Source of the DNA: Camelus ferus
Lineage: Eukaryota
Assembly (NCBI RefSeq): GCF_009834535.1
Contig: NC_045707.1
Location: forward strand, 55,120,001-55,184,000
Direction: 5' to 3'
DNA length: 64,000 nt
Shown here: in pieces, positions 53,701-64,000 of the stretch
How positions within the stretch are numbered: the first letter of the stretch is position 1
Layout of the letters: every line of letters starts with the position of its first letter
Notes under the pieces: generated by a model
What the model saw: the letters and a program-made list of their open reading frames with translations, nothing else
What the model was told of the DNA's origin: nothing
Database searches by the model: none
Translations under genes and position numbers: made by a program

Positions 53701-55059
53701 ATGTTTTTAAATGTTAATGGGTTTCATAAAGGGTCTGGAAGAAGACCATCCTCAACTCAGTGCTACACTGAAGTTCTGCCGTTGCTCAGTTTCTTACAAC
53801 TAATCTACTCACAACTGTGCTTCGAGCTTTCAAACCAAGATCAAAATCCAGAGCACGAGGCTATGCTTACCATCCCATTTTATTTACCTCCCACCTCCCA
53901 CTCATCTCTTTTTTACTCTTCTTAGTCCACCTGCAAAATCTTCCTTTGTCTTCTGTCAATGCTTCTCTCTCTCTCTTTAATTATAAAACGGGTGCTTATT
54001 TGTGCATTTTAAGGGAGAATTATTTAGGGAATGACAGAAATAAAGAGTGGGTCTAAATGTTCTTATTGAATATTCCCAATTTGATAGATATCTTATTGAC
54101 AAAAGAATAGGCTTGAATTTGAAGTTAATAGGGTCTAGAACTAAGATTTTAAGTCAGATATATTCTAACTTTAACAAAATCTGATTTAACTGTAACATAG
54201 TATGGAATTGATAGTTTTTTTCAGTACAGTGTAGGCTTTGTAGTTTCTAATTAAAATTTAATAAACATTACTTCATTTGAAATGTTCAAGTACAATTCAA
54301 AATTAACAAGTGTTTCTTATTCATATTAATTAACATCATTTTCTTTATTGATTTTTAACTTTTATGGAGCGCCTTCTAGAATGAAAGAAATATGGGTAAT
54401 ACCTCTGGATTTTTTTTTAATTTTTATAAAATAATATAAGTTTAGTTTAGCAGTGATTTATTATTTTCACTCCACCTCAGAAGCAGACTTCTATAGCAAA
54501 CTGAGTTCATACTTTTGCTATACAGAAATTCTGCCAACTGTTACTGTCACAATGTTCATAAAAACATCATTATATGCAACTGTTAGCAGCAGTACATGTT
54601 TAGTGTACCAAACACTTGAATTTTTAATTCAGATCAGCATCTGGTTTTGCTCTTGTTTTACCACTGAGGAAACTAAGTTTGATTGACTAAAGAAAGATCA
54701 GTTAATACATGATGGTTGAATTAGATGTTACCATTCATAAATAACAATATACCTTCATTCAAACTACCCAATTATAATACAACTTTCCATTTGTATTTGT
54801 TAGTATTACTACTCTTAAATTTATGGTTATAACTTTGTTTAAAATGTTTGCTATTTCAGAAATTTTATTCATAATGTTTCTCTACTTGCTGTTATGCTAA
54901 AATGTTTAGAAAATGAAATAGTAAACAGTGGGTGGTGAGATATCTTCTTAATATTTGTTTGGTATTGGTTGTTGAATCTGTTTCAGAGTTTTGCTTTGCC
55001 AAAACATTTTATAATGGTCTTATCTGATCTCAGTATGAACTCATTATTAGCTTAATACA

Positions 55060-56372
55060 CATACAGATAGATATATACAGAAACAATTGTAGCTATGGAT
55101 TTCTACATTGGTTGGTACATATACATATATTGCTATCTCTGTTCACTGAGAGGGTTTAGAAGTACCCAGTAGCAATAAGCACATCTTGGTTTCTAGATAC
55201 CATTCACCAAAAATGGGAATGGAAGTTCCTTGGAGAAATGGTTGATTCTAGGAGTAGGATAGGGAAAACACAAGACAATCATGGAGCATTTTGCAATATC
55301 AAAGCATGAGAAAGGCTGGGAAAGAAACAGAAGGATGGGAGCCTGTCAGAGGAACACAGGAACCACTGAAAAAGCTCCCAATGACCAAAGCTGGAACACT
55401 TTAAGCAACAAAATAAATAATGATAATATTGGGTTATAAAGCAAAGAATAAAATAAGTATCTAAGCCCATGTTGATATAAATAAGTGACAAAATAAGTTT
55501 AAAAACAGAAGAGAAAGAACCTATATTGTCTATAGAATAATTCCAAATGCTAAAGGTAGGAGGAATAAAAATATAACAGAAGGTCATTGGATCATCAACA
55601 AATCTACTGATGAATGCTAAAATTAGTGGATGAAACTTTATGAAGCATCAATATTTTATAGCCTCAAAGCATCATAATTAGTTATTTAGTGATCTTAACT
55701 TATGTGAAAATTCCTTGATAGTCCTCCCTCCAGGAGGTAGATATTAATTCCTTTTCCCTTCAGTGTGGACTAGACTAAAGTGATTTGCATTAAAAGAATA
55801 GAGTATGGAGAGTGGAAGATCTTAATTTTGCAATGGTAAAACCTGACACACAAGTTAACAGAATGATTTAAGCTAAAATTACCAGAAACTCTTCACATTG
55901 ACATTATTTATCCTCTGATATGATTTAATTTGAAGGGCATTTTCACCTCTGTGCTACGCTAACAAATCCATAACTACAGTCTAATTTTGAGAAGATACTA
56001 GACAAAATTTGATTGAAGGAAGTCTGCAAAACATCTTATCAGAATTATTCAAAACTGTAACAGTCATTTTTTTAAAAAAAGGAAAGACTGAGACATTGTC
56101 ACAAATTGGAGTACATATGATGACTAAATGCAGTATGGTATCCTGAATTTAATCCTGGGATAAAAAAAATGACAATAGAAAAATTGTTAAAATTCAAATG
56201 AAGTCTATAATTTGTATTGTACCAATATGAATTTTTTTTTTGATTTTCATAAGTTTACTATAGCTATTTAAGATGTTAACATTTGGCGAAACAGGGTAAA
56301 GTCTATATGAGAACTCTGTACTGCCTTCACAACTCCTCTGTAATTCTAAAATTATATCAAAATTTATACAGG
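55060..56372 (+). mobile_element. L1MC/MD-like long 3' UTR fragment
   Basis: 'gctcccaatgaccaaagctggaac...gactaaatgcagtatggtatcctg...gggtaaagtctatatgagaactctgtact...ctgtaattctaaaattat'. Confidence 0.85.
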
Positions 56373-56399
56373 TGAAATCCAAATGATCAAGTAACAGGA

Positions 56400-57660
56400 A
56401 GTGGCAGTCAGATCAGTAGTAATCATGAAAATTTAATGAAATTCTACAATGCACACACAGCAGATTGGCATGAAACTAAAGAGACTGGAAATAATACATG
56501 TTGGCCAAAGTATGGAGCAAGAAGTTCTCTGAGACACTCCTGGTAGAAGTTAAATAAGTATAACTTCTTTGGAAAAGTGTTTGGTTTTATGTGGCAAAGT
56601 TCAGCATATACTTATCCACAACCTAACAGTTCTACTCTGCGGTGGATGTTCTACAGAAACTCATATACATGTACACCAGAATAAGTGTCAAGAATATCCA
56701 CAGCAGCATTGTTAGTACTAGCCCACACCTCAAAACCATTGAAATGCTCACTGATACTAGAATAAAATTGTTATATGGTCATACAGTGAATTAACAGACA
56801 TACAACAATCACATGTACTGAACCCCAGCCATATGTGAGTATGTATGTATATCGTAAAAACAATACTGAAAGATACAAATACAAGATAAAATGTACAATA
56901 TGATTACATTTATTAAAAGGTCAAAAATACACTAGTATATCTTTTGGGGGACATATGCATAGATAGTGTCTTAGTCCATTAGGACTGCTGTAACAAAAAT
57001 ATCATAGGCTGGGTGACTTAAACAACAGATACATTTCTCATAGTCCGGGGGTTGACAAGTCTACAATTAAGGTCCCAGCAGATTTGTTGTCTGGTGAGAG
57101 CTCACTTCCTGTTTCATGTTGCATCTTCTTCCTGTGTTCTTGCTGTGGATGAAGGGGTGAGGGAGCTCTCTGGGGTCTTTTTAATGAAGGCATTAATCCC
57201 GTTCATGAAAACACTGTCCTCAGGAGCATGTCACCAACAAAAAGTCCCACCTCCAATTACCATCACATAGAGGGTTAGAATATCAACATATGAATTTGTG
57301 GTGGGGAGGACACAAACATTCAGGCTAAAACATTCAGGTGGTAAAAACATGAATAAAAACAAGAGTAATTACCATCATGGTCATCATGTGTTACTTGTAG
57401 GAACCTTTTGGGATACATACTAGATGGTAAAAATATTTTTAAAATATGAAGCTATTTATCATAAATGTTAGCATTAGTAGTTACTCCTAAGGGGTGGGGT
57501 GAGATCGAGCAAGAACACATAAAAGACTTATGTGTAGATGGCAAGTTTCTCCCCAGCCTAGTTGGTGGTCACTTGGGCATTGGTTTTCCAGTTATTTGAT
57601 ATGCTGCATGATGCAATTTTATGCACTGTCTTTATATATGTTATTTTTCATATTTTCAAA
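56400..57660 (+). mobile_element. L1ME-like 3' fragment, interrupted by an MLT1A-like LTR
   Basis: 'agattggcatg...ataatacatgttggccaaagtatggagcaa...cacagcagcattgttagtactagcc'. Confidence 0.75.
56967..57332. mobile_element. MaLR solo LTR (MLT1A/MST-like)
   Basis: 'tgtcttagtccattaggactgctgtaacaaaaatatcataggctgggtgacttaaacaacag...caacatatgaatttg...gacacaaacattcaggctaaaaca' with TG...CA ends. Confidence 0.9.
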
Positions 57661-60600
57661 GGCAAATGCATAAGTGTATTTGTTTTAAGAAACCCAGAAT
57701 CCAAAGTAAGATTTCAAAATCTATGATACTCCAAAAATAACATTTGTACAATTAATGAATAGAAGAAAATTTGATTAAGCAGAAGTTAACAAAGTGCTTA
57801 CTTAAACTGTCATTTGACTCTAAATTTGAAAATTAGGTATGGAATAGAGTCTCTACGAATGTGAAACACATTTTTCCTTATATTTTGTAATGTAGAATCT
57901 TAAATTTATGTGAAACTAGGAATAACGGTTTGGCTTACCATCCAGTCTAAATATTCAAAATTACTGCCAATCTGAAAGATTTGATATAATATATTCAGAC
58001 TAAGCTGATACACTAAAAAAGTGAACACCAATTATAGGGACACAATAAAATCATAGGGGAGGTAGAAGAAGTAACACAATATTATAAGTTTCACTTTTGT
58101 ATCATTTCCAATAGTTTGTTATTCAGGCAAATCATAATCCCAGAAAGATTATACCCTCTCTGTGGCTAACTACAACAGTCCAAGTAAAATATTTCAGTCC
58201 TTCGTGGGCTAGGTTATATAGCTAAAAAGTGGGCTAGTCACTAAATAGATCTCTTTAAGTCTCTAGACAGACTTAACTCCTTCACTCACCCATTATGGAC
58301 TTTCTATTATTTTTTTTATAATATCTGCTGTCATCCCCACTTGCCCAGTTGTTAACTGACTCTAGGGTTTAAATAAATCCAGACCATGAGAAGTTATCCT
58401 GACTCCTTTTTTTTTGGTGCTGTAGTAAGATTTTCTCACAGTCTTGTTTGATAGTATAGCTGCCATTTCATAGAACTTTTTTTCTTTCCACTGAACTTTT
58501 CTGTCATTACCAATATTTCTTCATAGTTTGTACTTTTCCAATTACGTAAGAAAGGGGCGTAAGGACTTCCCAATATACACACTTGGATCCTGACAGCTCT
58601 TTCCACATCCTTTGTGGTATCTAAAACAAAGACTGTATGGATCATAGACATTCCTTTCGCCACTCCTGGATTTTGGTATCGCTTTGATGGATTCATGCTG
58701 AGTAACTTATCTCTCCACTGGACATCTGCTTTAATTTGAAGGCTGACCTATGGGGACACATAGTCACTCCAATTTCACTTAGAAAAGCTCTCTTCTAATA
58801 CCTCTCTTTCAATGCTTAGGACATTACACGTTTCCTCTGCATTCTATAGAACAACCTTTAGGCACATGAGGATTTTATCTCTTCATAGGTTCAGGTCATA
58901 GTTCCAGAATCCCAGACATGTAGGCATAGAGCTGGAGGCTGTTTTGCCAGTATTTCTCCACGTTGTGGGTGATCACAATTTTAGACCAAGGGTCATGTCA
59001 GGTTGATTTCACTCGAGGGCCTAAAGAAGAGTTTGCATGAAGTAGATGTCCTGGCTGCTTAATTGTCTCTTCTAGTCGTAAGCCCAGTCAAGGGACAGCC
59101 AGACATAGTTGAGTGGAAGTGGCAGCCCATAGATGTGTGACTTGTATTGAGAAGTATTAAAGACAGTGGCTTGTCTGAAAAATGTGGGGGACACTTTCTT
59201 TTTTTTCTTATAGCCATATAAGTAAGAATTTAATACTAAAAACAAAATCTAAAGTTTTAATACCTATCCTGTATAAAATTTTTAATTTAAATTGCCTTAT
59301 TTTCAACATAAACTTTGAGTACTGTTATTCTTTCTAGACTATTAATTGCTAAATATTGTTATATCAAAAACTAAATGAAATGTATAACATAAATAGAAAT
59401 AATATGTAGGGCACAAGACATGAGACTACATGAGAAAACACATTTTGAGTGCTAGTTTTCAGTTACCATAAAATTCAATTTTAGATTTGAAACCAAAGTT
59501 TTGCACTAAAAAATAAGTACTTGGTTTTCACAGCAATCATTTGTTTGTAGATTTTCTGTTTTGCCTTTTCCTCACTCACAATAAAATTTCATAAGATATT
59601 CTGAGAGAGAGAAATCAACAGTCCTGCAATATGTTGTAGCCTGTGGCTTCTGAGGGAAATTAATAACATCTGTAATTGGAAACTTTGTTGAAACCAAATC
59701 TCCAATGAATGGCACCACAAATGCTATTATTGACTCGGAAAATTACTGTCTAAACAAAAATGAAAATCCAAGTTTCAGGCCATTATTATTTCCTTGCCTC
59801 AAGTTAATTTACTCTACACCACTTTCCCCACTGATGACAGCCACCAGCTTTGATAAACCACAGAATATTACTATTCAGATGCCATAAATAGCACAAAACA
59901 TACCCATACTGGAAAATCCTTCAAGATAGTAGCTCTGTTCTCATTCCAGACTGAAAATATTTTTTTTCAGGATGATAAACAGATAGGACAGCTAACCTCA
60001 GTGGCACTCTGGTACTCACTAGTATATAATATTTTAGTGTAAATATCTGTAGCATTATTTGTCTTATTTAGCACATAGGTCTTATCTGCATGTCCAGTAA
60101 ATATTTTGAAGAAAAGAACATACTTGTAAAATAATAATTTTGTAAAACAATAGCAATAGTATAGAAAGCATCACTTTGAAATCATAATGTGTGTGCTGAC
60201 AAATCACAATTTTTAGCTATTAAGCCAAGAGCCAGACTAGTCACAGAGCTTTGCAGATCCAGGAAGGAACACGTCATCTTGTTTCTTGGCCTCTCCTGTG
60301 GGTAGTTCTTGGTATTCTATTTTAACTGCAAACATCCACGTTTTTCAGATAAAGAACCTAAAGCTTTTAGAAACTAAGCAGCATTCTTAGAAGTAAACCG
60401 TTCATTCAAGAACCACAATTCCAGGTCTGGTCTACCTGAATTCAAGGTCTGTAATATTTCCAATCATGTGTCCTTGCTCTTCTCCCCTCTTCTCATCAGT
60501 ATCCTACAGACATATAATCCTTATTCCTCAGTGTTATGAAGAGTATTCTCATGGTGTCCTGGATGATGCAGTGAGGTGTGAGAAGGTGCAGGTATGGAAA

Positions 60601-61116
60601 TCAGGTGGAAGGCATTGGAACAGTTGGGCTAGAGGCAGTGGGCATCTAGAAAAGAAAAATATCATAAATAGAAAAAGGGAAGAAGAAATCTAAGTGTTAT
60701 ATATACAAAATATATAAGACATAATGGGTCTTTTAATGTAAGGTATGCAGAAGGAGGCTGCTTCACTCTATATGACTTTTGATGTCCTGATAGAAATATG
60801 AGTTAGGACAATTAGATTCATCTTTTAGAAACTTGGAATCGGAAAACATGAGACGAGCCAGTAGCTGCTGAGCACTTAAGAGGAAAAATGTAAAAACTCC
60901 AGACATTCAGAGAGGAGCAGAGATGTAATGACTGAGAGAAGTTCTGGCCCATGATAAATAGAAATTTGAATTCCTCATGGCTTTCAAATTCCAGTTGCAC
61001 TCCATAAGAGGTCTGGATATATTTTGGTCTGTCTGTGGGTTTCTGTGAGATTACAGCATGTACTCATATAAAAACCACTTGCCTGAGTTGGTTCAAGTAA
61101 GTCTTTATTTTTTATT

Positions 61117-61500
61117 GAAAAAGAAAAGAAAGAAAGAGAGGGAAGGATGGAGAGAGAGAGAAAGAGAGAAAAAAGAGAAAGAGAGAAAGAAAGAGAAATA
61201 GAAAAGAAAAAAGGGAGGAAGGAAGGAAAAGAGAGAAAGAGAAAGAAAGGAAGGAAGGAAGAAAAGAAAAAACTAACTGAGAAGGAACACACATTGTTGA
61301 GAAAGGTCTGTGTTAATGGTGATGAAGCAAAAAGGGGTTAAAGATGTTAAGGAAGAAAGAAAGGAAGAAAGAAAGGAAGGAAGGAAGGATGAAAGAAAGC
61401 AACAAAGAAAGCAAGAAAGAAAGCAACAAAGAAAGCAAGAAAGAAAGAAAAAGAAAGAAAGAAAGAAAGAGGAAGGAAGGAAGGAAGGAAGAAATGAAAC
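61117..61500 (+). repeat. Bipartite purine-rich low-complexity/(GAAA)n-(GGAA)n microsatellite
   Basis: Almost pure A/G at 61117-61272 and 61351-61499; includes two copies of aaagcaacaaagaaagcaagaaag. Confidence 0.95.
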
Positions 61501-61759
61501 CAATGAGAGATAACTGTGGACAAGAGGTGCTATAGGCACAAATACATAACTGCTTTCCAGATATCCACTTACATGATCCCAGCTGAGTAATGAAACAGGA
61601 CATCATGTATTCACATGGCAGAAACCTTAAGGAAATTTGTCTATAGATCAAGTTCAATATGAACCAAAGTGAAGGAAAGACAGGTCCCACATCATAGAGT
61701 GATTAAAAATAACTTTATTGTATCCAGGATAGTATTGTTTCTAGTATAAGGATTTATGC

Positions 61760-62095
61760 TTAACACCCTTCAACCTCACATTTTATTTTTAAAATTATAT
61801 TAATGAAATTAAAGGTTAAAATGAAGCTACTTGCTTAAAAAAAAAGAAATGAAAATTGTATAAATTAACTATATAAGGCTAGGCTAAATACTATGAAAAA
61901 TCTACTGTGAATACCAGTCTCGTTAAAAATAAATTGCAAAATTGGCTTTATATTTAGAAGGAAAAATAAATCATAGTCAGGAAAAATATTGAAAAACATT
62001 TCAAGGTAAAATTGGCTCCAGGCATGCCTGGTTTTGTCAGGAAGTGCTTACAAACTTTCAAGAAATAAATAATCTCACAGTTATATACCAGTCTA
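61760..62095 (+). mobile_element. Decayed L1 ORF2 fragment
   Basis: 'ggctccaggcatgcctggttttgtcaggaagtgcttacaaactttcaagaaataaataatc' resembles the PGPDGF...YQTFKE region. Confidence 0.55.
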
Positions 62096-62629
62096 GAGAG
62101 GATAATCAATATACCTATGTATCTATCATCTATCTATCTATGTATAGCATATGTGTAGATGTGCTAAATATAACATATACATATATATATATGTATTTAC
62201 CTTAATAAAATAAAAAAATTTTGAAATGTAAATACATTGACATAATCATTATAATTAAAGCCTTCATTGTGTTAAAAAGAAAATTCTATGTTAATTTAGC
62301 TATAAACAAAGGCCTCCAGTATATCGTATTATTGCTTGTTTTGAAGTAGGAAGTAAGGATTCTGCAGATAAAAAGTAATCTTTTTGGTTTTATACCATAA
62401 CATTTTTAATGCTGTCTTAACCTAACTCATATTCACCCAGTAATACGTAGCCCCAATGTCAGGTATTCCTTAGCCAAAATGTTCTCCAATCCTTTATTTT
62501 GAAATTCTGATTTATCTAATATATATATTCCTCTATCAGAATGCTTGGGAGCATCTATAGAAAGATTAGGCAAGAGATCTAAGTGGTTATGCGGAAGACA
62601 GGTGGGGAAAAGAGAAGGGAATAAATCAT

Positions 62630-62780
62630 TGTGTTCTAGTCTGTGCTAAGCATTGTGATGATTACTTTATCCTTAATCCTCATAAGCTAACAAAGTAATT
62701 ATTCACATTTGATAGATTACAAAATAGAATCAGAGACAGTTAATCTGACTTTACTTCGCAAGTGCTTTCCCGTACAATAG
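62630..62780 (-). mobile_element. MIR SINE fragment
   Basis: 'ctgtgctaagcattg...ttaatcctcataa...attcacattt...cagagacagttaa'. Confidence 0.6.
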
Positions 62781-62861
62781 AGCAAGCTATCACTCTAAAT
62801 GTGAAAACAGTAGATCAAAATTCAAGGTGAAAAATCTCAATTACATTAATGAAGGACATTA

Positions 62862-63110
62862 GAGGACAGTGGTTAAGACCACAGAGTAAAACTAGACAGT
62901 CTGGTTTCAAATTCAGTTCTGAGATTTATTGTTTGTGACCTTGGGCAAATTTCATAACCTACTGTACTTTAATTGCTTCAACTTTAATGAAGAGATGGTA
63001 ATAAATCCTGCTTCCTAGTGTATTATAAAAGACACAAAGAGTATACATATATATAAACACCTAGGAAAATGCTTGGTACTTAGAGCTTTATAGGTTTGCT
63101 AGTAATTGTT
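62862..63110 (+). mobile_element. MIR SINE
   Basis: 'cagtggttaagaccacaga...ctggtttcaaattcagttct...tgtgaccttgggcaaatttcataacctactgtac'. Confidence 0.8.
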
Positions 63111-63346
63111 TCATAAAATTAAACTTAGTAGGGAAAAATAAGAATTTTCTGTCTTATAAACCAGAACATACTTCCTGGTCACTGTTGTGCCTCTTCTACA
63201 AACAAGACACGGTGAATCCGCTAATTTCTTTTTTCTTAATTCTTCAGTAGTCTTTAACTATCTCAAGTAAAGTGAAATTTCCTATAGCTTTTTTTTTTTT
63301 TTTTTGAGTATTAATATCCTTCTCTAACTTAGAGCAATCGCCCTAG

Positions 63347-63565
63347 GTAATAGTTAATTTTTTGTGTCATTTGCCTGGGGCCACAGTGCTCAGGTATTTG
63401 TTCCTGTGAGGGTGTTTTTGGATGAGATTTACATTTAAGTTGGTGGACTTTGAATAAAGCAGGTTGCTGTCCATAATGTGGGTGAGACTTATCTGATCAG
63501 CTGATGGTCAGGATAGAACAAAAGGTGTGACATCCCTGAGTAAGAGGAAATTCCCCAGCAGAATG
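63347..63565. mobile_element. ERVL LTR fragment (MLT2-like)
   Basis: 'gttaattttttgtgtca...gtgagggtgtttttggatgagatttacatttaa...ccataatgtgggtgag'. Confidence 0.8.
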
Positions 63566-63569
63566 GAGA

Positions 63570-64000
63570 GTCATCCAGTATGTTGCAAGTATAATAGATA
63601 TTTTTCCTTTTTATTTCTGAGTGTCATTCTAGGGTATAGGTGTACCACATTTTATTTAATCAGTCACAAATTGAAAAATATCTGGGTTATTTTCTGCTGG
63701 GGTTATTTTCTGCTGAGTTTATTATGAAAAAGCTCCATTGTATAGTAGTTGTATGCGTAGTTTTTTTTGTTGTTGTTGTTGTTTAAAGAAACTGCCAATC
63801 TGTCTTCTGGAATTGTCACTTTACATTCCCACTGACTATGCATAAATGATCCAGTTTCTCTACATCTTTCCAGGATTTGATGTTGTCTCTATTTTTCCCT
63901 CTTCTGATAGGTATTCAGTTTCTCGTTATGGTTTTAATTTGTATTTCACTAATGGCAAACAGCTATTCATATGCTTGCTTGCCATTTGTTTATCATCTTC
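63570..64000 (-). mobile_element. L1M ORF2 end/3' UTR fragment running off the window
   Basis: 'aagaaactgccaatctgtc...ttacattcccac...ggttttaatttgtatttcactaatggc'. Confidence 0.8.

Noticed and set aside
58560..58650. FVLDTT motif reminiscent of a vWA-domain MIDAS strand
   Set aside because: The DxSxS/DxTxS motif is incomplete (DTTKD) and downstream similarity needs several gaps; likely chance.
60984..61690. Seven overlapping ORFs rich in K/E/R or F/L/S
   Set aside because: They are translations of the GAAA/GGAA microsatellite, not genes.
1..64000. Prokaryotic-type systems (CRISPR arrays, operons, defence islands)
   Set aside because: No regularly spaced direct repeats or gene-dense ORFs; the sequence is mammalian non-coding DNA.

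Overview
AT-rich, CpG-poor mammalian genomic DNA with no CpG island. It is very probably camelid, because two tRNA-derived SINEs match the Vic-1 type as I recall it (28915-29070 +, 30673-30902 -). A large part of the window is decayed interspersed repeats: L1 of several ages, L2, MIR, MaLR/ERVL LTRs, MER5-like and MADE2-like DNA-transposon relics. None of the six-frame ORFs is a recognisable intact host gene; those with homology are L1 ORF2 fragments. The most notable structures are: (i) an old ~380-bp inverted duplication (22560-22945 vs 25134-25510) made of unique sequence plus a shared MIR; (ii) a 258-bp poly(A)-tailed insert of unrecognised origin with a perfect 15-bp TSD inside an MLT1 LTR; (iii) an L1 with twin-priming 5' inversion geometry whose junction was later hit by a SINE and a younger L1; (iv) a series of minus-strand exon-like segments (57.9-60 kb, 44.6-44.9 kb, 24.7 kb, 8.8 kb) that may be a lncRNA or decayed pseudogene; (v) a strong CTCF motif. 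Repeat subfamily names and boundaries were assigned by eye and are approximate. I found no convincing evidence of a novel biological system.
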